A DNA stretch of 64,000 nt, from assembly GCA_049840735.1 (NCBI GenBank), contig JASGJN010000013.1:704001-768000 (forward strand). Reading direction: 5' to 3'. Below the pieces are notes generated by a model that did not search any database, was not told the origin of the DNA, and saw nothing but the letters and a program-made list of their open reading frames with translations. Each line of letters opens with the position of its first letter. Within the stretch, counting starts at the first letter, position 1. Origin of the DNA: Anaeromyxobacter sp. Lineage in GTDB: Bacteria > Myxococcota > Myxococcia > Myxococcales > Anaeromyxobacteraceae. This document shows, in pieces, positions 45,555-55,445 of this stretch. The position numbers and the translations under genes were made by a program.

Positions 45555-45584
45555 GAAGGCCCGCCGGGATCCCGGCGGGCCTTC
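45555..45584. terminator. Perfect palindrome between convergent genes (probable bidirectional terminator)
   Basis: GAAGGCCCGCCGGGATCCCGGCGGGCCTTC. Confidence 0.6.
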
Positions 45585-45599
45585 TGGACTTCAGCGACT

Positions 45600-45632
45600 C
45601 CGTTCGCCCTTCGACAGGCTCAGGGCGAACGG
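45600..45632 (-). repeat. REP-like element, copy 3
   Basis: Reverse complement CCGTTCGCCCTGAGCCTGTCGAAGGGCGAACGG; same core as copies 1-2 with a compensatory stem. Confidence 0.7.
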
Positions 45633-45658
45633 CGCGGCGCGCTTCGGGCCGGGACCCG

Positions 45659-47164
45659 CTACTCCGGCGCGGGCGCCGGCGCGAAGATGCGGGCCAGCCG
45701 GACCACCCGGCCGCGGAGCCCCTCGAACACGCTGGCCAGGCCCACGTAGGCGAAGCCGACCTGGAACAGGACCAGGAACGGGATCGAGTAGTAGACCTCG
45801 CGGTTGTACAGGTAGACCACGCCGTAGGTCATGTAGGCCGCCAGGGCCAGCTCGACCAGGGGCTGCAGCGTCACGGCCGCCTTGTACTTCTTGCGCACCA
45901 CCGACTCGCCGGCCTGCTTCACGCCGTGCTTGGGGGTGCGGACGAAGGCGGTCTGGTAGCCCATCAGCGCCTCGACCACCGCGCGGGCGTTGTTCACCGA
46001 GAGGCCGATGCCCAGCGCCAGCACGAAGGGGATCCGCTTGAGCGAGTCCCACCAGCTGATGCCCTGCTCGCGCTGCGAGGCCACGTAGAAGGCCACCACG
46101 CTCAGCGTGGCCAGCGCGAAGAAGGGCAGGTCCATGAAGAGGACCTCGTAGGCGCCGTGCGAGACCCGCACCACCACCGTGATGGGCAGCAGGATCGAGA
46201 GCGGGATCATGAGCAGGTAGGCCAGGTTCGCCGTGAGGTGGACGATGGCCTCGTGCTTCATGTGCCTGGGCAGGTCGCTCTTGAGGACCCGCGGCAGGAG
46301 CTTCAGGGCCACCTGGACGGCGCCCTTGGCCCAGCGGTGCTGCTGCGCCTTGAACGCGTTCATCTCCACTGGCAGCTCGGCCGGGGTGACGATGTCGGTG
46401 AGGTACTCGAAGCGCCAGCCCTTGAGCTGCGCGCGGTAGGACAGGTCGAGGTCCTCGGTGATGGTGTCGTGCTGCCAGCCCCCGCCCTCCTCGATGGCCT
46501 GGCGGCGCCAGATGCCGGCGGTGCCGTTGAAGTTGAAGAAGCGGCCGGAGCGGTTGCGGGCCACGTGCTCGATGACGAAGTGGCCGTCGAGGAAGATGGC
46601 CTGCGCCTCGGTCAGCTGCGAGTAGGCGCGGTTGAGGTGCCCCCAGCGCGTCTGGACCATGCCCACGCCGGCGTCGGTGAAGAAGTGGACCGTCCGGTGG
46701 AGGAACTGCGGGTCCGGGATGAAGTCGGCGTCGAAGACGGCCACCAGCTCGCCCTTGGCGGTCTTGAGGCCGTTCTCCAGCGCGCCGGCCTTGAACCCGG
46801 TCCGGTCGGTCCGGTGCACGTAGGCGATGTCCAGCCCCTCGGCCCGGTACCGCTCCACGCAGGCGCGGGCGATGCCCTGGGTCTCGTCGGTCGAGTCGTC
46901 CAGCACCTGCACGTCCAGCAGGTCGCGCGGGTACTCGATCCTGGCCACCGCCGCGATGAGCCGCTCGGTGACGTACATCTCGTTGAAGATCGGCAGCTGC
47001 ACGGTGACCCGCGGCAGCCGCTCGAAGCGGTTGCGCGGCGTGGGCAGCCGGAACTTGTGCTTCTGCTGCAGGTAGACCATCGCGTAGCGATGGACGCCGA
47101 AGAAGGACAGGCAGACCAGCAGCAGGGCGTAGCCGATGACGACGGAAAGCTCGAGGGGGCTCAT
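45659..47164 (-). CDS. Processive GT2 glycosyltransferase (cellulose-synthase-like)
   Basis: QLPIFNE, LDDSTD, FKAGAL, FDADF, TEDLDLS, QQHRW, several TMs. Confidence 0.92.
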   Translation of the reverse strand: MSPLELSVVIGYALLLVCLSFFGVHRYAMVYLQQKHKFRLPTPRNRFERLPRVTVQLPIFNEMYVTERLIAAVARIEYPRDLLDVQVLDDSTDETQGIARACVERYRAEGLDIAYVHRTDRTGFKAGALENGLKTAKGELVAVFDADFIPDPQFLHRTVHFFTDAGVGMVQTRWGHLNRAYSQLTEAQAIFLDGHFVIEHVARNRSGRFFNFNGTAGIWRRQAIEEGGGWQHDTITEDLDLSYRAQLKGWRFEYLTDIVTPAELPVEMNAFKAQQHRWAKGAVQVALKLLPRVLKSDLPRHMKHEAIVHLTANLAYLLMIPLSILLPITVVVRVSHGAYEVLFMDLPFFALATLSVVAFYVASQREQGISWWDSLKRIPFVLALGIGLSVNNARAVVEALMGYQTAFVRTPKHGVKQAGESVVRKKYKAAVTLQPLVELALAAYMTYGVVYLYNREVYYSIPFLVLFQVGFAYVGLASVFEGLRGRVVRLARIFAPAPAPE

Positions 47165-47204
47165 GAGTGTTCGCGCTGGAAGCGCCTCCGGAGCGCCGCC
47201 CTTT

Positions 47205-47220
47205 CGCAATTGCCGGGCCA
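47205..47220 (-). promoter_or_regulatory. Candidate sigma54 promoter of the GT2 gene
   Basis: Minus strand TGGCCC-GGCAA-TTGCG, 40 bp before the ATG. Confidence 0.5.
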
Positions 47221-47463
47221 GCCCGCCTGCCGACCTGCTCCCACCCTACCGAGGGTCGCGCGGCGAACCGTTGCGGGACCTGCCGCCCGCGGAAAGGCCC
47301 GGCACCTCCGGGCTTTGGCGCGCGGCCACCCAGGCGGTGGCCCGGGTGGAGCCAGGCGGCGCGCCCCGGCGGCTGCCCGTCAGGCGGTCAGCCCCTGCTG
47401 GATCGCGACATGCGTGACAGGGTGAGTCTCGAAAGGCCGCGGGCCGGTGAAGCTCCGGACCGG

Positions 47464-48765
47464 TCAGTCGCGGCGGGTTGCCGCACCGTCGGCCGGGGCA
47501 CCCGGGTTCCGCAGGATGTCGGCGGCGCGCAGGTAGTCGAGCGCGGTCCGAAGCTGGTGGTCGGTCGCCTCGGCCGGCGGCTGGGCGGGGGTGGCCACGG
47601 CGGGCTCGGGGTTTCGCAGGTGCCGGTCCAGGTCGCGCTCCGCCGGCTGGTCGTCCGCCCGCGCCGCCGGCGCCGCCTCGCCCACCCGCACGTCGGGGGT
47701 GATGCCCAGCTCCTGGATGGAGCGGTGGCGAGGCGTGTAGTAGCGGGCCACGGTCAGCTTGAGCCCGGAGCCGTCGTCGAGCGGGATGAGCTCCTGCACC
47801 GACCCCTTGCCGAAGGTCTGGGTGCCCATGATCACCGCCCGCCCCTGGTCCTGCAGCGCGCCGGCCACGATCTCGCTGGCGCTGGCGGTGCCGCGGTTGA
47901 CCAGCAGGATGATCGGGTAGGCCGGCTCGGTGCCGCCCTCGTGCGCGCGCCGCACCTCCACCGACTCGCGGTCCCGCCCCTCGGTGCTGACGATCACGCC
48001 GCGCGGCAGGAAGCGGTCGGCCACCAGCACCGCCTGCTCCACCAGGCCGCCAGGGTTGTTGCGCAGGTCCAGCACCAGCCCGCGCAGCTCGCCCTTGAGC
48101 GCCTCGCGCCCCTCGCCCAGCGCCTTGGCCAGGTAGGCGTCGGTCCGGTCCTGGAACGACTTCACCCGCACGTAGAGCAGCCTCCGGTCGGCGTCCAGCA
48201 CCCGCCACTCCACGCTGCGCGTGCGGACCCGCTCGCGCACCAGCGCCAGCCGCTGCGGGGCGGTGAAGCCGTCGCGCATCAGCTCCAGCTCCACCCGCGA
48301 GCCGACCGCGCCCTTCATGCGCCGGGTGGCCTCGGGGACGGACATGTCGGCGGTGGAGGCGCCGTCGATGGAGAGGATCCGGTCGCCCGGCCTGAGGCCG
48401 GCGCGCTCGCCGGGCGAGTCCGCCACCGGCGAGACCACCGTCAGGCCGCCGGGAGCGCGGGCCACCTCGACGCCGACGCCGTCGAACTCGCCGGCCGTCT
48501 CCTCCCGCATGGCCTTGAACACCTCGGGGCGCAGGTAGGCCGAGTGCGCGTCGAGGCGCGCCACCATCCCCTCGATGGCGCCCTGGACCAGCTCGCGGTC
48601 GTCCACCTGGTCCACGTAGCCGCCCTGGATCACCGCCAGGGCGCGGGCGAAGACGTCGAGGCTGCGGTAGGTGCCGGGGCGGGCGGCCGCGGCGACGGCG
48701 TGGTCCACCGTGAGGCCGGCCAGGAAGGCCAGGGCCACGGCGGCGAAGAAGGCGAGGCGCTTCAT
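47464..48765 (-). CDS. ctpA: S41A carboxy-terminal processing peptidase
   Basis: Signal peptide, PDZ, DLRNNPGG, TASASEIVAGALQD, TFGKGSVQ. Confidence 0.93.
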   Translation of the reverse strand: MKRLAFFAAVALAFLAGLTVDHAVAAAARPGTYRSLDVFARALAVIQGGYVDQVDDRELVQGAIEGMVARLDAHSAYLRPEVFKAMREETAGEFDGVGVEVARAPGGLTVVSPVADSPGERAGLRPGDRILSIDGASTADMSVPEATRRMKGAVGSRVELELMRDGFTAPQRLALVRERVRTRSVEWRVLDADRRLLYVRVKSFQDRTDAYLAKALGEGREALKGELRGLVLDLRNNPGGLVEQAVLVADRFLPRGVIVSTEGRDRESVEVRRAHEGGTEPAYPIILLVNRGTASASEIVAGALQDQGRAVIMGTQTFGKGSVQELIPLDDGSGLKLTVARYYTPRHRSIQELGITPDVRVGEAAPAARADDQPAERDLDRHLRNPEPAVATPAQPPAEATDHQLRTALDYLRAADILRNPGAPADGAATRRD

Positions 48766-48835
48766 GCCCGGATTGTACCGCCGGATCGGGCGCGGGCCGA
48801 AGGCGGACCCCGCGGCGGCCGGGCGGGCCCCCCGT

Positions 48836-49930
48836 TCAGCGCTGCAGCCACTGGGCGGGGTCCACCGGCTTCCCGCGCTCGCGCACCTCGAAGTACAGGT
48901 ACGCCCCCTTGAGCGAGCCGGAGTCGCCGACCGTGCCCAGCACGCGCCCGGCCTCGACCTCCTCGCCCATGGCCACCTGCATCGCGCCCAGGTGGGCCAC
49001 CAGCGTGTGGTAGCCCTCGCCGTGGTCGAGGATCACCAGGTTGCCGTACCCCTTGAACCACCCGGCGTGCACCACCCGGCCCGGCGCCACGGCCCGGACC
49101 GGCGCGCCGGCGGGCGCGCCGATGTCCACGCCGTTCTGGACCGTGACGGTGTCGAACTTCGGGTTCACCACCTTGCCGAAGCCGACCTTGACCGGCCCGG
49201 CGGCCGGGGAGGGCAGCCGGCCGCGCAGCTGCGCGAAGCGGCCGGACTCGCTGGGCCGGGGCGGCAGCGCCGAGACCAGCTCGGCCAGCTTCTTCCCCTG
49301 CTCCGCCGCCTCGGCCGCGGCCCGCTCGTGGAAGCCGCGCGCGCTGCGCAGCGCCGCCAGCAGCGTCTCGCGCTCCTCGCGCCGCGCCGCAGCCTGCTCG
49401 CGCAGGTCGCGCGCCGCCTCGGCCTGCTCGGCCAGGCGCACCGCCTCGATCTGGCGGGTGGTCCGGGCCTGCTCGCGCAGGGCCCGGGCCGCCTGCGCCT
49501 CGGTGAGCAGCCGCAGGTCGTTCCCCAGGATCCGGTCCAGCAGGTAGCGCCGCTTCACCAGGTCGGAGAGCGACCGGCTCCCCAGCAGGATCTGCAGCTC
49601 GCCGGTCCGCCCCATCCGCACCCGCGCCAGGAGCCGCGGCTGCAGCTCGGCCAGCCGCGCCTTGAGCGTGGCCGCCGCGGCCGCCTCGGCCTCGCGCGCC
49701 TGCGAGAGCCGCGCCTCCGCGTCGGCCCGGGCCGCCTCCGCCTGCCGCGCCGCCGCCTCGGCCTCGCGCAGCGCGTCCTCGGCCTCGCCCAGCGTGTCCA
49801 GCACCGAGCGCTCCTGCTGCGCCAGGAGCCGCACCGCGGCCTCCTCGGCGCGGCGCCGGGCCTCCAGCGCGTCGAGCTGCGAGCCGCCGGGGGCGGTGAG
49901 CAGGGTGGCGAGGAGGAGCGGCGTGAGCAC
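48836..49930 (-). CDS. envC: EnvC-like coiled-coil + M23/LytM murein hydrolase activator
   Basis: Coiled coil, then GVDIGA...GYGNLVILDHG...LYFEVR with degenerate Zn ligands; downstream of ftsEX. Confidence 0.85.
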   Translation of the reverse strand: MLTPLLLATLLTAPGGSQLDALEARRRAEEAAVRLLAQQERSVLDTLGEAEDALREAEAAARQAEAARADAEARLSQAREAEAAAAATLKARLAELQPRLLARVRMGRTGELQILLGSRSLSDLVKRRYLLDRILGNDLRLLTEAQAARALREQARTTRQIEAVRLAEQAEAARDLREQAAARREERETLLAALRSARGFHERAAAEAAEQGKKLAELVSALPPRPSESGRFAQLRGRLPSPAAGPVKVGFGKVVNPKFDTVTVQNGVDIGAPAGAPVRAVAPGRVVHAGWFKGYGNLVILDHGEGYHTLVAHLGAMQVAMGEEVEAGRVLGTVGDSGSLKGAYLYFEVRERGKPVDPAQWLQR

Positions 49931-49932
49931 GG

Positions 49933-50816
49933 CTAGCTCCGCCGCAGTGTCCGGGCCACCGCCAGCGTCGAGCCGAGCAGCCCCACCACCGCCCCGCCCA
50001 GCGCCAGCCACCCCAGCAGCGCGGCCGGGAGCGTGTCCGCCAGGGTCAGCGCCTGGGCCGCCGGCACCGCCTCGCGCAGCCGCGGCATGACCGCCGCGTG
50101 GACCGTCAGCAGCGCCAGCACCGCCAGCGCCCCGCCGGCCAGGCCCTGCAGCAGGCCCTCGATCAGGAACGGCGCCGACACGAAGCTGTCGGTGGCGCCC
50201 ACCAGCTTCATGATTCCATCTCGTCGCGCCGCGCGAAGACCGCCAGGCGCAGCGTGTTGGCCACCAGCACCGCGGTGGCCAGCGCCAGCACGCCGAACAC
50301 GGCGATGGAGGCCGCCCGCGCCCGCGCCACCAGCCGCTCCAGCGTCTCCAGGTCGTCCTGGCCGTAGTAGACCTCGCCCACGCCGCCCACCTGGCGCAGC
50401 CGGGCCGCCAGGTCCCGCGCCCCGGCCGGCGTGATGCCCGGCGCCAGCACGTCCACCGCGTCCGGCAGCACGCCCGGCCCCACGCCCTCCAGCACGCCGG
50501 CCTGGTCGCCCAGGTCCGCGGCCAGCGCCTTGAGCGCCTGCGCCGAGGGGACCGCCACCACCTCGCGCCCCGGCACCGCCGCGGCCACCGCCGCCTTGAC
50601 CGCCGGCAGCGACGCGCCCGGCGCCAGGTAGGCGGAGATGCGGACCTCGCCGGCCCAGGCCGCCAGGAGCCGCTCGGCCCCGCCCAGCGCCGCCGCCACC
50701 AGCCCCACCGCGAAGATGGCCACGAAGACCGTGGCCGTGCCCACCGCGGCCACGTAGGGGCCGCGGGTGATGCCCTCGATCGCACGGCGCGTGAAGTAGA
50801 CCGGGCGGAAGCTCAC
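49933..50816 (-). CDS. ftsX: Cell division permease FtsX; frameshift at ~50213
   Basis: NTLRLAVFARRDEME|IMKLVGATDSFVSAPFLIEG; GGAATC restores as GAG ATC. Confidence 0.9.
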
Positions 50817-51505
50817 CGGAGGTCCCCCGCGCGCCGGCGGACGGTGTCCCCGTCGGAGATCAGGCGGCCGCGCTCCAGCAGCACCACCCGCCGCTTGTAG
50901 CGCTCCAGGATGGAGCGATCGTGGGTGGCCACCACCACGGTGGTGCCGCGGGCGTTGGCGTTCTGGAGGAGCTCCATCACCTCGATGGTCCGGTCCGGAT
51001 CGAGGTTGCCGGTGGGCTCGTCGGCCAGCAGCAGCGCCGGGTCGGGCGCCAGGGCCCGGGCCACCGCCACGCGCTGCTGCTCGCCGCCGGAGAGCGAGGG
51101 CGGGAACTTGCCGGCGCGGTGCTCCAGCCCCACCGAGCGGAGCAGGTGCTTCACGCGCTTGCGGATCTCCCGCTCCGGGAAGTCCTGCACCTCGAGCGGG
51201 AGGGCCACGTTCTCGGCCACCGTCCGCTGCGGCAGGAGCTTGAAGTCCTGGAAGACCACGCCGATGTTGCGGCGCAGGTAGGGGACGGCGCGCGAGGTGA
51301 TCTTGGCGACGTTCTTCCCGAACAGCAGCAGCTGCCCGCTGGTGGCGGGCTCGTCGCAGAAGATGAGCTTGAGCAGCGTGGACTTGCCGGCGCCGGAGGG
51401 GCCGGTGAGGAAGACGAACTCGGCCTTCTGGATCTCCAGCGTCACGTCCTGCAGCGCCGGGGCGTCGCCGGGGTACTCCTTCGTGACGTGGAAGAGCTGG
51501 ATCAC
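50813..51505 (-). CDS. ftsE: Cell division ATP-binding protein FtsE
   Basis: GPSGAGKST, PYLRRNIGVVFQDFKLL, LSGGEQQRV, LADEPTGNLD. Confidence 0.96.
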   Translation of the reverse strand: MIQLFHVTKEYPGDAPALQDVTLEIQKAEFVFLTGPSGAGKSTLLKLIFCDEPATSGQLLLFGKNVAKITSRAVPYLRRNIGVVFQDFKLLPQRTVAENVALPLEVQDFPEREIRKRVKHLLRSVGLEHRAGKFPPSLSGGEQQRVAVARALAPDPALLLADEPTGNLDPDRTIEVMELLQNANARGTTVVVATHDRSILERYKRRVVLLERGRLISDGDTVRRRAGDLR

Positions 51506-51524
51506 GGCCGGGCGCGGGCTCTGG

Positions 51525-52094
51525 CTACTTGCGGTCGCCCAGGTCCTCGGCCAGGTAGGAGAGGATCACCTCGTCGAGGCTCTTCTCGCTGATCAGGTCC
51601 TCGCCGAAGAGCGTCTCGGCGCCGTCGTTGCGCAGCACCGGGGCCGGGCCCTGGCGCGCGGCCAGCACCTCCGGCGGCAGCTGGCGCGAGGCGGGCGCGG
51701 GGGCCGGGGCGGGCGCGGGGATGGGGCGCGCGGGGGTCAGCGCCGGCTGGCCGGCCTGCAGCTGGACGGCGTGGCCGTCGGCGGCCAGCTGGCCGGGCTG
51801 GAAGGCCTGCGCGGCGGCGGCGTCGATGTCGTCGTAGACGCCGTTGATGAGGTTGCGCAGCATCTCCTTGTGCTGCTCCTCCATCAGCTCGCGCACCACC
51901 TGGGCCAGGTTCTCGGCCCCGACGATGTCGGCATAGGAGGTCTTCTTCGACGCGAGGATGTTCCCGCCGACGAAGAGGTGCGTGATGATGTGGGGGTTCT
52001 CCAGGCCCGAGTCCTCGGTCTGGATGTGGTACATCTTCCCCTTGTGCTTGATGTTGTGGTTGAACCCCACAACCATCTTCTTCGGGCCGGCCAT
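51525..52094 (-). CDS. Conserved myxobacterial protein, probably RomY-like polarity factor
   Basis: GFNHNIKHKGKMYHIQTEDSG N-domain, Pro-rich linker, C-terminal SLDEVILSYL; 189 aa, immediately upstream of ftsE. RomY identity is from recall of size and synteny. Confidence 0.6.
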   Translation of the reverse strand: MAGPKKMVVGFNHNIKHKGKMYHIQTEDSGLENPHIITHLFVGGNILASKKTSYADIVGAENLAQVVRELMEEQHKEMLRNLINGVYDDIDAAAAQAFQPGQLAADGHAVQLQAGQPALTPARPIPAPAPAPAPASRQLPPEVLAARQGPAPVLRNDGAETLFGEDLISEKSLDEVILSYLAEDLGDRK

Positions 52095-52185
52095 CGCCCC
52101 AGGATGGTACCGAAGCGGTGCGGCGCCAGCAAGGACGCACCCCCGGAAAAACGCCGTTCCTATCGGCGCCTAGCAGGCGGGCGGC

Positions 52186-52974
52186 CTACACGTCTACGTG
52201 CTCGGCGGCGCTGACCTCGCGCCCCAGGAACCGGCCGGCCACGGCCAGGAACCTCTCCGGCGTGTCGGTCACCAGGAAGTGGTGCTCGCCGGAGCGTCCG
52301 GGCACCTCCGGGAGCAGCTCCCGGACCTCGCCGACGACGACCTCTGCGCTGTCCACCAGCCGGATCCCGGGGAGCGCCCGGGCGATGGCGGCCTTGAGCA
52401 GCGGGTAGTGCGTGCAGCCCAGCACCAGCGTGTCCACGCCGTCGGCGGCGAAGGGCGCCAGGTAGCGGGCCACCACCCCCTGGACCACCGGGTCCTCGGG
52501 GTCGGTCCAGCCCTCCTCAGCCAGCGGCACGAACAGCGGGCAGGCGCGCGCCACCACCACCGCGTCCGGGCGCTCGCGCCGGAGCGCCGCCTGGTAGGCG
52601 CCGGAGGCCACCGTGCCGGCCGTGCCGATGACGCCGATGCGGCCGGTGCGCGAGGCGCGCGCCGCAGCGCGGGCGCCCGGCTCCACCACGCCCAGCACCG
52701 GCACCGGCAGCTCGGCCCGGAGCGCGGGGATGGCCACCGCCGAGGCGGTGTTGCAGGCCACGACCAGCAGGTCGATGCCGCGGCGGGCCAGCACGCGCGC
52801 GTTGCGGAGCGAGTACTGGGTGACGGTCTCGGCGGACTTGGTGCCGTAGGGCACGCGGGCGGTGTCGCCCAGGTAGACGGTGTCGGCCGAGGGGAGCGCG
52901 TCGAGGATGGCCCGCTGGACGGTCAGGCCGCCGACGCCGGAGTCGAAGATGCCGATGCGTGACACGGCGCGCAT
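52186..52974 (-). CDS. murI: Glutamate racemase
   Basis: IGIFDSGVGGLTV, PYGTKS, VACNTAS, LGCTHYPLL. Confidence 0.97.
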   Translation of the reverse strand: MRAVSRIGIFDSGVGGLTVQRAILDALPSADTVYLGDTARVPYGTKSAETVTQYSLRNARVLARRGIDLLVVACNTASAVAIPALRAELPVPVLGVVEPGARAAARASRTGRIGVIGTAGTVASGAYQAALRRERPDAVVVARACPLFVPLAEEGWTDPEDPVVQGVVARYLAPFAADGVDTLVLGCTHYPLLKAAIARALPGIRLVDSAEVVVGEVRELLPEVPGRSGEHHFLVTDTPERFLAVAGRFLGREVSAAEHVDV

Positions 52975-53134
52975 CCTACTCCCAGGCGGCGGGCGTGGGG
53001 ACACTCCGTTCGCCGCCGCCCCGGCGGGCGGGCGCCGCGGCGCGCCGTCCCGATGCGGGACCGCCCGCGCACCCGTCGCGAGGACGGGCGGGCGGGCGGC
53101 TGGTGCGGCTGAAGAACGTCCGGCGTCGCGCTGG

Positions 53135-53893
53135 CTACTGGCAGGCCACCCCGCCGGCGTCCTGCAGCACCACGTTCACGTCGCTGCTGCTGCCGCCGTA
53201 GACGTCGAAGTGCTGGTCGGTGCAGTTCTTCCCGGTGACCGTGTAGGCGTTGCTGCCCACGCGATCCCACTCCTCCATCCGCTGCATCGTGTAGCCGCCC
53301 TGGGGCATGCGGAAGACGATGCCGGCCGGGTCGCCGCACAGGTAGGAGCGCTTCTCGAGGTCGGTGTTGTTGGTGTCGATGGAGACGGTGGTGGCGCCCA
53401 CGGTCTCGTCGTAGAGCGCGAACCACATGTACGAGTGGTCGCTCCAGCAGACGTTGTCGGGCGCGAAGGCGTAGCCGACCGAGACGAAGCCCTCGCCCGG
53501 CTGCACGTTCTGGACGGGCGAGCCGCAGGTGGGCGCGCCGTAGCTGAACTCGCCGCGGTTCACGATCCAGCCGGTGGTGTCGATGCCTTCCACGGTCACG
53601 AGGTGCGTGCCCGGGTAGACGCCGTAGATGAACGCGCCGCCGTCGCTGCAGAGGAAGTCGTAGGGGTTGCCGTTGCCGTCGAGCACCGGCGCCCCGTCGA
53701 AGTAGACGTTCACGAAGTCCACGCCGGCCTGCGCGCACTGCGCGGCCATGCTGCCGCCCGTGATGGTGCCCTCGGCGAGCCGGAAGTTGGGCCACTGGAT
53801 GGTGATGCTCGAGTCGCAAGGCTCCGTGGTGTCGCTGACGATGCAGCCCGAGCCGAGGACGGTGGCGGCGATCAGGGTGGCGAGGCGCTTCAT
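53135..53893 (-). CDS. Cys-rich lipoprotein of unknown function
   Basis: MKRLATLIAATVLGSG|C lipobox; GGAGG SD; two beta-rich halves with paired Cys. Confidence 0.8.
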   Translation of the reverse strand: MKRLATLIAATVLGSGCIVSDTTEPCDSSITIQWPNFRLAEGTITGGSMAAQCAQAGVDFVNVYFDGAPVLDGNGNPYDFLCSDGGAFIYGVYPGTHLVTVEGIDTTGWIVNRGEFSYGAPTCGSPVQNVQPGEGFVSVGYAFAPDNVCWSDHSYMWFALYDETVGATTVSIDTNNTDLEKRSYLCGDPAGIVFRMPQGGYTMQRMEEWDRVGSNAYTVTGKNCTDQHFDVYGGSSSDVNVVLQDAGGVACQ

Positions 53894-53948
53894 TGGGTTC
53901 TTCCTCCGAGAGAGTCGCTCGGCCTTTCGGGGCCTTGTCCCCCAGGTG

Positions 53949-53964
53949 AGCAACGGCTGTGCCA
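53949..53964 (-). promoter_or_regulatory. Sigma54 promoter of the lipoprotein gene
   Basis: Minus strand TGGCAC-AGCCG-TTGCT, a consensus match. Confidence 0.78.
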
Positions 53965-54248
53965 CCTCGGCTGGACCTGGGAAATCAACGCATTATGCAT
54001 GCGTGCCGGGCTGCGCGGGTGACGGGCAGGCACGACCCGTGTTGCCCCCTCACACCCCGCCGTCGCGGGGAAGGTGCGACAAAGACTGCGCCCGCCGCCG
54101 GGCTGCGACAGGAGGGCAGCAGGCGGCCGGACGAAAGTGGGCAGCCCACGCGTTTTCTTCGAGATCCCGGGCGCTCCGGCGAGGATGGGAGGCGAGACGG
54201 CCTGTCTGCGCCGGCCCGTGCTAGAGAGAGCGCCCCACCGAACGACCC

Positions 54249-54983
54249 ATGACCTTCACGACCCTACACGCTGCTCCCCTGCCCCTGGCCGCGCCCGCCG
54301 GCGACGGCCTCGACTACCTCGAGATCGCCAGGAACTCCGGCGTCATCGGGATGGGCGTCCTCTTGCTCCTCCTGACCGCCTCGGCCGTCTCCTGGGCCAT
54401 CATCGTCAAGAAGGCCCTGCAGATCCGGCGCGCCCAGGCGCAGTCGCTGCAGTTCCTCGAGACCTTCTGGCAGTCCAAGCGGCTCGACGCCATCTACCAG
54501 GCGGCCGAGTCGCTCTCCGCCTCGCCGCTCTCGCACGTCTTCCGGGCCGGCTACGTCGAGCTCTCCAAGGTCACCGCGCGCAAGGAGGGCGAGTCGCGCG
54601 GCATGTCCGACGAGCTGGGCGGGATCGAGAACGTGGAGCGCGCGCTCAAGCGGGCGGCCACCGCCGAGGTGACCGCGCTCGAGCAGCAGATCCCGTTCCT
54701 GGGGACCACCGCCAGCGCCGCCCCGTTCGTCGGCCTGTTCGGCACGGTGTGGGGCATCATGCGGGCGTTCCACGAGATCTACCAGATGGGCAACGCCAAC
54801 CTGGCCACGGTGGCGCGCCCCATCTCCGAGGCGCTCATCGCCACGGCCGTCGGCCTCTTCGCCGCCATCCCGGCCACGGTGGCCTACAACTACTTCGTCG
54901 CGAAGATCCGGGTCCTCGACAGCGAGATGACCAACTTCTCGAACGACTTCCTCAACATCGTCCGGCGGCACTTCTTCAGCTAG
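54249..54983 (+). CDS. tolQ: TolQ (MotA/TolQ/ExbB family)
   Basis: FLGTTASAAPFVGLFGTVWGIM, ISEALIATAVGLFAAIPA. Confidence 0.93.
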   Translation: MTFTTLHAAPLPLAAPAGDGLDYLEIARNSGVIGMGVLLLLLTASAVSWAIIVKKALQIRRAQAQSLQFLETFWQSKRLDAIYQAAESLSASPLSHVFRAGYVELSKVTARKEGESRGMSDELGGIENVERALKRAATAEVTALEQQIPFLGTTASAAPFVGLFGTVWGIMRAFHEIYQMGNANLATVARPISEALIATAVGLFAAIPATVAYNYFVAKIRVLDSEMTNFSNDFLNIVRRHFFS

Positions 54984-54992
54984 GAGCTCCCG

Positions 54993-55445
54993 ATGGCGAT
55001 GTCCTCGGGCGGCACCTCCGGCCGCCAGTCCCTCACCGAGATCAACGTCACGCCGCTCGTGGACGTGATGCTGGTGCTGCTCATCATCTTCATGGTCACC
55101 GCCCCGCTCATCCAGCAGGGCGTGGAGGTGAAGCTGCCCGAGGCCAAGGCCGCGCCGGTCAAGGCCGAGGAGCAGAAGCTGGTGCTGTCGGTGAAGGCCG
55201 ACCGCTCCATCTGGCTGGGCAGCTCGGAGAACGCGACCCGCATCCCCTTCGACGACCTCGAGGACAAGCTGCGGGCCAACGCCCGCGCGCAGAAGGACAA
55301 GATGCTCTACCTCATGGCCGACCAGGCGCTGCCCTACGGCTACGTGGTGGAGGTCATGGCCACGGTCCAGCGGGCCGGCGTCGAGAACGTCGGCATGATC
55401 ACCAACCCGTCCCAGGCGGCGGACCGCGAGCCCAGGCGTCGATGA
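54993..55445 (+). CDS. tolR: TolR (ExbD family)
   Basis: EINVTPLVDVMLVLLIIFMVTAP. Confidence 0.93.
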   Translation: MAMSSGGTSGRQSLTEINVTPLVDVMLVLLIIFMVTAPLIQQGVEVKLPEAKAAPVKAEEQKLVLSVKADRSIWLGSSENATRIPFDDLEDKLRANARAQKDKMLYLMADQALPYGYVVEVMATVQRAGVENVGMITNPSQAADREPRRR

